Positions 34,552 to 49,100 of a DNA stretch of 64,000 nucleotides are shown one piece after another. The stretch is from assembly GCA_035084275.1 (NCBI GenBank), contig CM068756.1:14198001-14262000 (forward strand), read 5' to 3'. The notes under the pieces were generated by a model that was given only the letters and a program-made list of their open reading frames with translations, ran no database searches and was not told the DNA's origin. The translations under genes and the position numbers were made by a program. The first letter of the stretch is position 1; each line of letters opens with the position of its first letter. The stretch is from Hydrolagus colliei (lineage: Eukaryota).

Positions 34552-37399
34552 CTGAGGGACTGATTCCCTGGTAGGAGAATCTATATCCAGGGGTCACAGT
34601 CTTAAAATTAAGGGTCAGCCTTTTAGAACAGAGTTGAGGAAACATTTCTTCACTCAAGGGTAGTGAATTTATGGAATTCACTACCCCAGAAGGCTGTAGA
34701 TGCTCAGTCCTTGAACATTTTAAGGCTAAGACTGATAGATTTTTGAAAAATAGAGTGATTAGGGGATATGGGGATAGGGCAGGTAATCAGAGTTAGGTGA
34801 GAAGATCAGCCATGATCTTGTTCAATGGCAGAACAGGCTCGATGGGCCAAATGGCCTCCTCCTGCTCCTAATTCATATGTTCTTATGTTCTTATACTGTA
34901 AAGTGAATTGACTATATATGTGGATGAAACGCGGCAGCCAATTGAGCAACATCAACTGTCCTCACAAACAGTCATGGATTGAAATGACTATTGTATTATT
35001 TTGAGGGATCATGATTATTAGACATGTGTAGCAAGGAAACTTGGCCATGGTTTCACCCTATACAGTATATGCAGCATTTTTGCACTACTCGTATAAAGTA
35101 TCAACTATATTAGGCAACTCAGAACAAAAACTTGTTCATTATGAAAAAAAATTCTTAGTGCAGGAAGAGGGAAAACACAACATCTAAAACAGAAAAATAA
35201 ATGCTACTTGATATGTGATAAGAACATAAGAACATAAGAATTCGGAGCAGGAGTAGGCCATTCAGCCCCTCGAGCCTGCCCCGCCATTCGATAAGATCAT
35301 GGCTGATCTATTCTACTCCACCGCCTTATCCCCATATTCCTTGACTCCTTTATCCACAAGAAATCTATCAATCTCAGGCTTGAATATGTTCAATGTGTGA
35401 GCATCTGCAGCCCTGTGGAGTAGAGAATTTGATAAATTCACTACCCTCTGAGTGAAAAAGATTTTTCTCAACTTAGTGCGAAAGGGCCAACCCCTAATTT
35501 TAAGAGTGTGACTCCTGGTTATAATTTCTCCAACCAGGGGAATAAGTCTCCCACTATCTATTCTGTTGTGCCCCTTAATAATCTTATAGTTTTCTGTAAG
35601 ATCACCTCTCATTCTTCTATATTCTTGCATATAGGGCTAGATTGCTCAACCTATCCTCATAGCTAATCCCCCTCATCCCAGGTACCAATCTAATGAATCT
35701 ACGTTGCACTCCCTGCGAGGCGAGCACATCCTTTCTTAAATGAGTCCAGAACTGCACACAATATTCTAGGTGTGGTCTCACCAGGGCCCTATACAGTTGC
35801 AGCAAGACTTGCCTACATTTATATTTTAACCGTTTTCTAACAAATGCTAACATAAGCTTGGCATAAGATTCCTCAGCACTTTTTCCACCAGCAACCGAAA
35901 TGGTTGGAATATAGAACTTCTTTCAAGAAGAACGGCCTCGAGAATGCCATGAAGTCACTGGGCAAACACAAGGACCAAGTAGATGCCCAGTTCATCAAAA
36001 CAGAGATTTAAAGATAGCATCTCACTGCATATAGACTCCGAATCTACATGCAACTCCAATGTTCTTGGTCAGTCAATGGGAATTGAATTATTCAGTTGTG
36101 ATCTATCCTTGCCACCAATTTATTATTATTATTAAGCTCCTCTTGGATAAAATCATCCATTCAGGGGAGAACAATGTTTGTTGCCCTCCTCAAACCAAAC
36201 AGAAGGGATAGAGTAACAATAACATCACTGAGCAGGAGTAGGTTATTATTGTAAAGGAAAAGACCAAACATAGAACTCTAAATGACCTAGATTTACAGAC
36301 CCAATTCAATTTGCAGGTGACATCAATTGATAGATAAACCTATGGGATGGACCAAGAGGAAACACAAATCGTCCATGGACTGGGTAGAACTTGCCAAGGG
36401 AGAAGTTGAAGGAAATCCAGTTGTGTTATTTGATTCATCGCACATGATGTAAAAACATTGTTAGGAGCAAAAACAAGACAAGCAGGGTGTTGTGTTATTT
36501 ATTGCACGATATATAGTATGCACATTCAGTCCTGTAGCTCAGTAGTGAGAGCACTCGCCTTATAAGTGACTCCACACGCCTAATAGTAATCCCTCAAAAA
36601 AATAATAAATTGGTCATTTCAATCCATGACAGTTTGTTAGACATTGTTGTGTGCAATTGGCTGCTGCATTTTGCCCAAATAGATACAGTCAGTTCACTTT
36701 GCAGTATTATCTATGAAAAGCAAGGATAATTATTATTATTTTATTATTATTTTATTATTTCATTATTGTATTATTATTTTATTATTACTTTTAAATGATT
36801 ATAATTTAATTATTTTCATTATTACATTGCTCTAGTCAGACTGCACCTTGCACTGTGACATAACGGGGCTTCCCAGTTCCAAAGGACAATGCAGAGGAAA
36901 GCAATGAGGATGATGCCCCTCATTAGAGGGATATGCTTTGAGAGGTGTTTAACATTGTAAATGGGACTGAAAACGTCACCCTGATTAACAGTTTAGGTTG
37001 TAGCAAAACGGCAGAATAAGAGGACATAGGTTTTGAGTTGCAGGGGCAATATCAGAATAGATAGCAGAATAGATTTCTTTACAGCAAGTAAAATAAGAAC
37101 AACTGGAATAGATTGGGAGGAGGTTTGGTTGAAGGCACCTCATTTAATATACAGCTTGAGGCTGTGATGGGGAGACGGCAGGTGTGTATTCTGACAGGAT
37201 GAAATCAAATAAGCAAAGGGAATAAATGCAAACTAAAGATGCATTTTTGTTTAATTGCATTAAACAGACACTCCTGCCCACAAAACACACACAAAAACAC
37301 ACACAGCTACAACACCACCTCATGGAGTAAGAATGCTGATGTTCCAGAAAAAATGAATGCTCTGCACAAAACATTCAAAAATCTATGATTTTTGGTCAA

Positions 37400-37832
37400 C
37401 TTCTGCAGAGCCTTGATGTTGATATTAGCGTTGGGAATGGTCATTGTAACACAGCCCTAGATTGCGCAATAGGCCACTGACTTGACAGTTAAGGTTGATC
37501 AATGATAAGTGCATGGGTAACCAAGAACGTTTAATTGGAGAAAAGAAGAAGCAGGGGTTATTTTCTTGGCGTTTTCCGAATCACAAAGAGTATAAATGAA
37601 CTGTCATCGTATAATATGTTTGATGAAGGAAAGGAACGATGCAGTGGAAAGTGATGTTTGTCCCTCTGGTGGCCATCAAGCAATCTGGGCTTCGTGTTAT
37701 TTCAACTGAAAAGTTACCAGTAACTAAACAAATCTCGGGCAGATTGTTTTGACCCTGATAACAAGCTGATCTGAAACAACGCTGCATAAATGTGTAGCCT
37801 TATTAAACGTTTCTGTGTCTTTGACTTCCTGT
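37400..37832 (-). pseudogene. V pseudogene type C, copy 2
   Basis: Duplicate of 3060-3490. Confidence 0.75.
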
Positions 37833-40045
37833 CTTGGAGGGTTCAGGAAATTGAGTTCATATTGTAAATGTAGTTTGTAATTCCACATAATCATTAAAGC
37901 TGCATCAAGCTTCTGACGTAGAGGTGAGAGGGCGACCAAATAATCCAGCCTGATACGCAATATATGAGGCTCACATTGCTGTCCTCAGCAGCCTCATTTG
38001 AGCTATTTGGTTCATATTTTTAAATGAAATGGCTACACATTATCAAAATACTCACTGAATGGATGCTATTCCAATGCAGATTAAAGCTTAAAAATAGTTA
38101 AATGAGCTATGTTTGCTATATTTCAGCACTAGCTTCATACCATAATATCAAAACACACTCTAAGTGGGTAAGGCCAAGCCACATGTTGGATTGTCTTCAA
38201 GGACAATATTGAGCCAAAATAGAGGAAGAGTAATGTCACTTTATAAATCATTGGTGCCACCTCACTTGGAATATTGTGTGCAGTTTTGTTCACCAGAATA
38301 CGATAACAACATTACATTGATTGAGAGGATATAGAGTAAGGCAACCAAATTATTCGAGGGGATTATTTGGACTACAAGGAGTGATTTGGTTTACTGGGCA
38401 TGTTCACGCTGGAGACGGGAAGGTTGAGGTGCAATATGATTACGGTCTTTAAGGTTCTGAAGGGTTTCGGTAACATAGAACACGATAAGCTGTATATTTT
38501 ACAATGAAGAGAAGAACCAGACGTCAATGATTGAAGCTGGTGGGGAGAGGAGGTAAATTCACAACAGGTCAACAGAAATGTTACTTCACTGAGCGAACAG
38601 TAAACTTATGGAACAGGCTCCTAAAGGAGATGATGACAGCAGAAACTAGTTTGTTTCAAGAAGAATTTGTGCGAGAAAAAACTACATTGGGATAAAGGGT
38701 TGAGTTTGGGACTTGTGTCAATGGACTGCTAGGTTGGTGGAAGGCAAACTAGGTGTACCTTTGTCTTCTTTCACTTAACAAATCTTTATGATGTTAAGTT
38801 GTTTGAGTTGTTGCTGTTACTGCTATTATAGATAAATCATAAAATAGATCTAAAAATATGTCTGAATGAAAAGATTGGATGTGTTTAATAGATTTCTGCA
38901 AGTTCTAGATATTGCTTTGCCCTGGAGCACAGACAATCAATGATTGACGAGAATACCACATTGTCCTTCATGGAACATGTTATTTATTGCAATTGAAAAT
39001 GTTGAATCAAAACTGTTCTGTTCAATTATCATGTACTATACAAGCAACTTCATTTGAGATTTTAGATGAATGGTATTACAGATATCACACAAAAATAAAA
39101 CAAAACCTTTATGTCACAGCCGACATTATTACAATACATCAATAGCTGTATTTTAACACAACAAAATGTATCATTTATGAGACTTGGTTATTTTTGAAAT
39201 GACGTTTTATTTTTAAACAGCTGAATAATGTGACTTGTTTAAGTAGTTCTAGTGAAATAATGTAAAGGGAAGATAGATTGAAGAGTAAACGCCTTGTGAA
39301 TCTTTTTGTGCAGAAAGCTTTGTGGATACATAGATTTGTTAAAACCATCAAAAGAATGTTCAGCAGCGGTCAGAAAAATCAAAAGATGATCTACAGCTGA
39401 TGTTCATGATATGTCCCGAAATATTATTTTTTAAACACTAAAGCGGTGGGATTAGGTGATATAATATTTGTAATTGTTGGTTTATTGGTGCAGACTTGTC
39501 CAAGCTGATGTGTAATATTTTGACCTGGGTGTGTGAAGAAACTCTGTGAAACTACAACAAGAACAACAAAATTACATTTGTATACTGCCTTTCACATCGG
39601 GAGGATGTCCCGAGACGCTGGGATAAAGAACTGAGAATATATAAAGGGTGAAACAAATAAGATACGGTGAATATTCCAGTTATATTCCCATTCCTCAATG
39701 GTATCAGTCAAATGTCTCAAATATGTTTAATGTAATATACCAGTTCATAACGTACAATCTTCTGTTTCATCAGTCACTGCATTTCCACCAGCATAATTCA
39801 ATCGCCTGTGATGATTTCTCACTTCATCTGTGAGTCAACAAGCAGAGCCAGTGTGAGTGTGAGCCAGTATCACCAATCGTTTGACTCTATGATTAATTGT
39901 ACTGATTGCTGGTTTCCACGCAAAGAGATTGAAGTTTTAATCTGATACGTTTATAACGACACTGTAATCATAATATATTTTAGTTTAATTGTAAACAGCG
40001 ACTAAAGATATTCAGACAACACCATTGACATTGATAAACCGCCGA

Positions 40046-43000
40046 TCACTCTGGAAAGGCGTCTGAAAGCGCTTGGCACGGTTGGTTGGCCACGGTAGCT
40101 GGAGACGGAAGTCGAGCCATCACATATGACTGATTTTATTTGTCTCTAACACGGTATTAATTTATTCTCACACAAAATATTTACAGCTTGTATCTTCACT
40201 GTAAATATTTTCAATTTACCTTCAAGAATGTTCAGCCTCGTGGATGTAGAGCTTATTAACAGGGATATTAATGTCAACATTTATTATGATAACCCAGTAA
40301 CAGTTTGGGAAGCTACCAGATGAACATATTGTTCACTAGTGTTCCAGACACCTGGAGGTTTGGAGGAGATATTTTTATATCCATTGATTATTAGAGAATC
40401 CTCCAATAAAACAAAGTGTAATTCCCACAATCTAAACTGTCTGCTCCCAGTTGCCGGCGAAACCGGCGTTTTCCTGTTGATTGATAATTTTATGGGCGAC
40501 GCTATCAATACAATAATTGTCAATGAAATCACAATATTATTTTGAAGCGAAGAATGTCTTACCTTTCAAGTTGTGAGATTTTACATGGTCAACAATGAAG
40601 ATGGTCAACACTATCACTACCAAGAAACAGAATATAAACCGTAAAATCATCATATTCTCCGACATTCCACCATAACCTAGAAAAGAAATATCGGAATTAA
40701 AATCTACTGAATAATTCTACTGTATTGGGAACATGTACAGTTTGTGAATTAATTTCTATTGGAAGGTACAATGAAGTGGACGAATATTATGAATTTGTGT
40801 GATTGAAAACAACAGAGAATTGTCAGGAACATGAACGCACAGACATGCTTTAGTGATGTTACAGAGACACACATATATTATGGGGTAGCCATTCCCCTGA
40901 GTCTGTGTGCTCAGCTTCAAATACACCGGAGAGAATGACTGTTCCGACCCGAGCCTTGGAGAGTTGGGCACCATTATAATCAAAACTGATTCCATTAGAC
41001 ATCTACTATCAAATAGAAAAGTCTGTAACACATCTCACAAACTATTTAGATTTTAATCGCAGCGAGTGTTGCTATAAAGGGAAAAGAAGCAGAAGATTTT
41101 CCCCAACAAAGCCTCAGAATATTGAATATATTGATAAATGATGTTATTTGTGCTTTATTTGTGAAAATGTATCAGTGGAAAAGTCCAGTTACTGGTTTCA
41201 CCCCTAATTGCTGGTGGAGAGTGCAGGTCTATAGCACTTTGGGTGGGTTACCAAATAACAAGAAAATACATTTTGAAGGAGAGAGATATTTAGAAATTAA
41301 TGAGAAAACAAGAAGATACACAGGTTTGAGATATTGCTTCGTTTCAAAGACTAAACATTTATAAAAACGCAATGTATGGCAGCTGCTGGAAATCTGAAAG
41401 AATCTGAAGATTCAGCAGGTCAGGCAGCCTCTCTGGACAAAGGAAAAGTGATTCAATGTTTTGGATTCACGACCTTTCGTCTGAACTGCGTTAATAACAT
41501 TTTGACTGCGTTAATAACTCCGGAAAAGAGATCTGTGATTGACTAACAACTGGGTTCCCACTTATTGCTGGGTAAACAGACGCCCAATGTTTCGTCCTGC
41601 CCGGGAATCAAATCCAGGTCCCCCCTCGAGAGAGGCGAGTGCTCTAATCACTGAGATACACGACTCCACTGATACAGGAGATTCTGATGAATAATAATCC
41701 TAAAAGTAGCCAATTTTCCACACACAGTCATGGCGTTAATAACCAATTTCACCTGCTGTGTTTATCAGCCAGAACAAAGGGAGGAAGAATCTTACTTCAC
41801 TTTTTGAATAGTACCATGGCCTCATTAACCTGAACAAGCCACAAGGACCTCACTTCAATGTCCCATCCCAATAGCAGGAAGCCACAGACTGCTCCCCCAG
41901 CATTACACTTGATTGCCAGTGATTTGGGACAATATTGATCCATGTGTTCGGAATAGATTAGTATATTAGACAGCGTAAACATTCTGCTTATGGTGCTATG
42001 GAGGGTTATAAATATTTGAAAGCCTTGTTAATTTTAGACATTTATGCATATAACATATGAATACTATTTCATTGTTAAGCAAAGTAACCAATGTAAATAT
42101 TGCATCTAATCTCAATCTGTGCCTTTTTTGTGATCAAAATTACATCTGTAAAGCACATTTCACGATTAGATGGAACTCAGAACTGAATACAGCTGGATAT
42201 GTATTAGTTTACGGCAGCTGTAGCTAATGACATCTGGTTACCATTGCTCTTGACTTTATTACTCAGGCGAGGGCGACACACAGAATACCAAAATGGACCA
42301 TTGCTTATCAGAGGAACCCTCACAAAATACAATCCATAGATTGTAGAGCAAGAGACTGCTGTACCTATTGACAGCTGATCACAGCGATGAAACACAATCA
42401 CTAGTTGTTAATAAAAGGGGGAACATGACGGGATGGGAAGATGTTTGATGCTGAAGTGTCCTGAGGTGTCCCGAGCGTTTGAAAACTATGCGGGTTCAGG
42501 ATGCCACCACTTATTGGTTAGGTTTATCAAAATGTTTGATTTATTCACTTAAAATGTTCCACATTCAAACAGTATAATGTATTTTATCACCATTTCGTAC
42601 AATCTCCTGATCACCTTTCTCCTATTTGTCTCCTATCAACTCTGGCATCGCTTCCTATCCCTGCAGGTCTCCCGGGAGAGAGAGCAAGTCACATTCCATC
42701 CCTCAAGTCACAGGCAGGAGCTGCCAAACATTGACTTGTCCCTCGGCCTCTCTTCTTCACTGTCTGTAAGATCCCACTTGGCGACATTATCCGCAGAGTA
42801 TGTCCACATGTATATACACGAACTCTCCCATGTTCCTCCACACTGAACATCCACCATTAACCCAATTAGTGCCAAACTTCAAGTCCTTTATTGAGCTCTG
42901 ACTTCCTTCAGATGAATAATAATAATCTCTGGATTTCATATAACACCTTATATATCGAGTAAAATTATGAAATTTGGTGCTATTATTATCATCTCATTAT

Positions 43001-45982
43001 TGTCGTCTCAAATCGCTTCAGACAGTTAATTGAAAGGCGCTATACAAATGTAACTCAAAATCACCAGAAATGTGACCATACCTGCAGCACATCCACCCCA
43101 TAGTGAATAACGGGTTGGATTTTCAATCCCTGGAGAAATAGTACAAAATTGAGATGAGACTGTACATTGTGTAGGGGAATGCTTTGTATATTCGGTAGAA
43201 TAGATATGTTATGCAAGTCATTTATAATTTATACCTTGCAGTGATTTCGAGTAAGTATTAAGCACGGTAAATGGTTTAAATATGGTCTAATCTTAATCTG
43301 TGTTTATTGAAAGAGGAATAAAAATTACAAGGAGACCATCATTGAAAACATTTTGATATTGACGTAGGGTTAGACAGGTGTTAGACAGATCAACATTTGT
43401 TCTCGCTTATTTTTATTATTGCTCTTAAATCGATCACACTGAGGGCGACACTCAGAAGACACATGAAGCGGAACATCGATCTTCAGAGGAACCCTCACAA
43501 AATACAATCTATAAATTATAGAGTGAGACAACTGGACATAGTGGCATCTGATTGCAGTGAGGAAACATGCTGACTAGCTTTGAATAAAAGGAGGAACATG
43601 GTGGGATGGAAAGACATTTGATGAATCACGTGACCTGAGCTGAAACTGAGGTTTTGAAAATCATTCAGTTTTAGGATGTGTTCATAATATCCTCAATCGA
43701 TAAGTAGATAATATCGGTTTGGTTTCAATAAAATGTTTGATGATTCACATCAAATGTTCCACATTCTAACAGTGTAATGTATTTGATCAACATCTTGCAC
43801 AACCCCCTCATCACTAATCTCAACACATTTGTCTCCTATCAACTCTGGCATCGCTTCCTATCCCCACAGGTCTCCCGGGAGAGCAAGTCACATTCCATCC
43901 CTCAAGTCACAGGCAGGAGCTGCTGAACATTGACTGTTCCTCGGGTCTCTATCCTCAGCCTCTGCCCTTCACTATCTAGATGTTCCCACTTGGCGACAAA
44001 TCGCTTCAGAGGATTCAATGAAAGGCGTTGTACAAATACAACTTTGTTGTTGATGTTGTTTACGAATCAATGCGGCTAAACATCCCTATGAGAATTGAAT
44101 TAACAACAGTTGGGTTTTTAAAACTCTTTTAGAATCTTACCTGCTTTAGGTTTTGAGATGGTGTAGGTGGCAATAGCTGAATTCTTGAGGGTGATGTGAG
44201 ACACCAGACAGGTATAAACAGATACGCTCTGGACAGACTGTGTGTCTTCAATAGAGCTAGAGACCATATAGAGTTCCAATGAGTCCTTCTTTTCTATGGT
44301 TACTGTCTCTTCCACCATTATTCCTGATGTTGGTGTAACTTCGTTCTCATCTTTATACCATATGAGGGTGAAATCCTTTGGGTAAAACGCAGTAGTTTCA
44401 CACACAATTGTCCGATGCTTAGTTGAATTCCGAGAGAAAATCCTCAGTAGAGTTGGGGGAACTGTAGAACAGATAATGGAGGAAAATCATATTAATTTTG
44501 ATCAATCAGCGGGAGAAACTTTATTTTAATTCATTTCTTTGCAATCTCTCGATTCCTGAGTGCAAATGGAGGTTTATTTAGATTCACAAATATCCCTCTC
44601 ACAGCAGCAGAAGCTTCCTCCTGCTGAAATTACACTTCGGTTTTTATCAATTAATGTTGATGCGTAATCGTTGTCTTACATATTATTACTATTATTGTTA
44701 TTGTGACTAAGATTATCAGGCGGAATTGATCACTGTGAACTCTCGATCAGAGGAGACAGAGGATTCCTGACAGGTGTGAGAACACTGTGTTATTCTGGCT
44801 CAATTGGTAGCATTCTCGCATCTGAATTAGAAGGATATGGGATCAAACTTGACATCGGGACTTGGAATTCACACAGTTGATGTGGAAACATTTGCTGCAA
44901 TGCCGTTCTTAGGGTGAGAAATTAAATATGGTTTAATTCAACCGGTTATGTTGAACATTAAAGATCTCATGGCAATATTCAAAAACAATTTCTCTGACAG
45001 CCTACCCTTCAAAGTTAAAAACATGACCATCCACCTCATGGCTGTTGTGGGACATTGCTGTGAATAATTTGGCGGCTGTGTTTTCTTTCTTTTTTCTCAT
45101 AAAGTACCTAGTTTCATCGTTTTCCAAAATTTGTGATGCTTTGGGAGGTTTCAGTGGCATGACAAGGTGCTGGAGCAAATGAAAGGATTGTATTATCTCA
45201 GCATTGAGAGATCCATAAAGCTGTTAAAATGAATTTTACAGCCATTTCCTTTGTCTTCTACACAGATTTTGGATTACGTATTTGAATAATATGGATTGAT
45301 TTTGCATGTAACCTTTGTAACATTAGAAGTTTGTGAAATTATTTGTTAATTGTTGTACTATTAGAGTTGCATTATTTTATGTTTCAGTTGGATAGGGGTT
45401 ATTTTTAATGTAATTTTCAAATATTTTCACTCTTCATCCACACTCACCGCACACAGTTAAGCTTGATCCAGGACCTGTTCCAATCACTGATCCCTGACGG
45501 ATCACTGAGCAGCGATAGACTCCAGAGTCCTGGAAACTCACATTGAGGATCTGGATGAAGCCGCTCCCTTTGCCTTTCACACCAAATGTTTTCCTGCTGT
45601 CCGCCTGTGTGTCCAAGTAGCCATCCTCACCCTCCTTCTCCCACTTCACCTCCTCTCCTGAACCATCTTGAGAGAAGGGAAAAATACAGCGGAAAGTGAC
45701 GTTTGTCCCTCTGATGGCAGCCACACGTTTGGGGATTTGTGTCACTTTCTCTGTAGAATCGCCAGCAACTGTCAGAAAATAAATTCAAAAGATTGATTTC
45801 ACAGATAATATGCCGTGGACAAAAGCAAGCGAGTGAATAGACTAAAAAGTAAGTATATATGATAAATGGCACAAGGAAACAAGCTTGCAGATATTTCATA
45901 GAAGAACTGAGTTGTAGAATAATAAAATACCTGTTGAAATAATATGTAAGACGGACAGATACAGAAACACAACACTCCCCAT
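40046..45982 (-). CDS. Gene A2: duplicate of A1
   Basis: Leader 45982-45931, V 45768-45448, C1 44461-44141, truncated TM/stalk 43129-43026 (donor at 43082), Arg-TM 40676-40563, terminal 40098-40046; all open. Confidence 0.72.
40563..40676 (-). CDS. A2 Arg-TM exon
   Basis: Same translation as the A1 Arg-TM exon, splice sites intact. Confidence 0.82.
44141..44461 (-). CDS. A2 C1 exon
   Basis: 321 nt, open, GT-AG. Confidence 0.95.
45448..45768 (-). CDS. A2 V exon
   Basis: 321 nt; differs from A1 V at 4 nt by my reading (F>I, H>R, 2 silent). Confidence 0.95.
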
Positions 45983-46043
45983 GTCTGACTCTGGTTGTGA
46001 TGAGCTGTAACACACGAACGTGGAGTATTTGATATAGAGTAGG

Positions 46044-46100
46044 CAGCTGTGACACTGACTTCCTGTTTCTTTGGGTTCCTGAAATGTGGCTGGTGTGGTT
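46044..46100 (-). promoter_or_regulatory. Putative promoter of A2 (RUNX/ETS/E-box)
   Basis: Same motif cluster as A1. Confidence 0.55.
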
Positions 46101-49100
46101 GATGTGATTTGAAATCCACTTCCACAATAAATTGTAAAAATACTGATTCTTCCTATTAATAGCAGAGAAAGGTTAAACAAATATGTAAACATAAAACAAT
46201 AGCGTTCAGCATGACTATCGAGTTAGTGGTGCTTTCTCCAACCTCAAATGTTGTTTTAAACATGAAATCCTGTATCTTGGGCAAGCTTCCTTACTACACA
46301 TGCCTAATAATAATCCGTCCAAAAAAAATACTATAACAAATATTGGTCATTTTCAATCCACGACTGTTTGTGGGACACTGCTGTGTGCAATTGGCTGCTG
46401 CGTTTCTCCCACAAAGATTGAGTCAATTCACTTTACAGTATATTCTGTGAAGCGCTTTTAGATGTCGATAAGATGTGAAAAGCGCTTTGTGAAATGTGCA
46501 AGGATTATTATTGTAACTCCGCCTGCAGTCAATAGTGTCAGAGACAAGCCGAACTGGTGGAATATTTCTGCTGCTAGCTCTCTCTGTCCCTTATTGATAG
46601 AAATTAACCTTTCTCTCTAAAGCGCCCACCCACCCTTTATGATACCACATTACCATCCCATTTTAACATTACTGTTCGTATCCAACATCCCGGCCACTCA
46701 ACATTGCTCCCATCTGTTTCTCCACTAAGCCCTAGAAATCCAGTTTCTACCCATCCTGGTCCACCATCGTTACTTGACGACTTCTCTTCCCTCTCCCATC
46801 TCTACGATGTACTGCAGAGTATCCAAGAACTGTATTCTTGACCCCCTTCTTTTTTCACCCCACACGCCAAATAATTAACCATCCCACCAAAAGCTGCAGT
46901 TGGTCATTGAAATGCACGACTGTTTGTGGGACATTGTTGTGCGCAATTGGCTGCCGTGTTACAACCACAAATGTATAGTCAATTCATTTTACTGTATATT
47001 CTGTGAAGCGCTTTGAGACATCCAGAAGACATGGAAAGTGCAATGATTATTATTGCACTCTCTCTCTTTGTGATACTATCCACAGACCAGCAATTAACTT
47101 TCACATTGATGTGAACGAAAGACAACTCAACTCAACCCCACTGTTGATTCAGGATCTATTTCATTGTCAAGACCTAGATGACCCCAGACTTCCTCTAAAT
47201 TACTATTGATGAATCCCATCCTCCTTGTCTTTTGCAAATATTTCCTTTCTCCTGGAATATACTGTAAAGTGAATTGACTGTATATATGTGGGTGAAACGA
47301 GGCATCCAATTGCGCACATCAAGTGTTCCCACAAACAGTCATGGATTGAAATGACAAATTTATTATTTTTGTGTTTTTGAGGGACCATTATTAGAAGTGT
47401 GGAGCAAGGAAACTTAATCAAGGTTTCACCCTTTACAGTATATAAGGCAATATTTTGCACCACTCATACAAAGTATCAACTATATTAGGCAACTCAGAAC
47501 AACAACTTGTTCAGTATTAAAAAAAATTCCTAGTGCAGGAAGAGGGAAAACATAAAATGTGAAACACAAAAATAAATGCTACTTGATATTTGATAAGCTT
47601 CTTCAGCGCTTTTTCTACCCGCAACCAGAATGGAATGTAGAACTTCATTCGAGAAGAACGGCCCGAGAATGCCATGAAGTCACTGCGCAATCACAAGGAC
47701 CAGGTAGATGCCCAGTTCATCAAAACAGAGATTTAAAAGATGGCACCTCACTGCATATAGACTCAAAATCTACATGCAACTCCAATATTGTTGGTCAGTC
47801 AATGGAAATTAAATTTTTTAGTTGTGATCTATCCTTGCCACCCAATTTATTATTTTTATTAAGCTCCTCGAGCACGTCCATTCATGGGAGAACAAAGCTT
47901 GTCGTCCTCCTCAAACCAAACCGAAGGGATAGAGTAACAATAACATCACTGAGCAGGACCAGGATATTATTGTAAAGGAAAAGTCCAAGCATAGAACTCT
48001 AAATGACCTAGATTTACAGACCCAATTAAATTTGCAGGTAACATCAATTGATAGATAAACCAATGGGATGCACTAAGAGGAAACACAAATCTCCACAAAT
48101 CCTCCACCCAAACAGGGTGTTGTGTTATTTGTGGCACTATATAAATATATTCAGAGTCCTGTAGCTCAGTAGTTAGAGCACTTGCCTTACAAGTGAGTGA
48201 CCTGAGTATCCTTACTCCACACATCTAATAATAATCGCTCAAAACAATAATAAATTGGCCGTATCAATCAATGACAGTTTGTCGGACACTGTTGTGTGCA
48301 ATTGGCTGCTGCATTTTGCCCAAAGAGATACAGTCAGTTCACTTTGCTGTATAATCTATGAAGTGCTTTGAGACGTCTAGAAGATTTAAGAAGCGCCATA
48401 TCAAATGCAAAGATAATTATTATTATTTTCATTGTTACATTACTCTGGTCAGACGGCACCTTGAGTAATGTAATCACTGCGACATAACGGGGCTTCCCAA
48501 TGCAGTGGAAAACAATGAGGATGATGCCCCCATTAGGGGAATATGCCATGAGAGGTGTTTAAAATTGTAAATTGGATTGAAAAAGTCACCCCAGATTAAT
48601 AGTTTAGGTTGTAGTAAAACGGCAGAATAAGAGGAAATAGGTTTTGAGTTGCAAGGGCAATATCAGAATATTTAGCAGAATAGATTTCTTCACAGAACTA
48701 AAATAAGAATAGCTGGAATAGTTTGGGAGGAAGTTTGGCTGAGGCCACATCAAACACACACAGCTACAACACCACCTCATGCAGTAAGAATGCTGCCGTT
48801 CCATAAGAAATGCAATATTGTGCCCAGTTTTTACAGCCATTTTGCTACAATAGGCACCTTGATGGAAACATTAATAATCCATGCTCTATCTATAATCTGA
48901 GAGCATGAGACTCTTGCAGTGGAATTTGACATTTATAAATGCAGCAGAACGATTGGGGTTTTAACTCTTATTTGTTTCATGTTGGGTACATTGTTAGTAG
49001 ATATACAAAATGCTCAATGCCGACACTTCAACTTTTTCACTGCATTTGACGAACTGCACCACATTTTGTTGCCTCCACCCTCTCTGTTTGTGCTTGAAAT

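Larger units (their letters stand above)
27357..34898 (+). mobile_element. CR1 LINE in three pieces (27357-~27500, 31330-32298, 34552-34898) split by Gypsy and DNA-transposon insertions
   Basis: KYIKRKRLARVNVGPL; QHGFTKGKSCLTNLL, YLDFRKAFDKV, FADDTKLG; 3' tail; inserted into a SINE whose uninterrupted paralog lies at ~13040. Confidence 0.88.
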
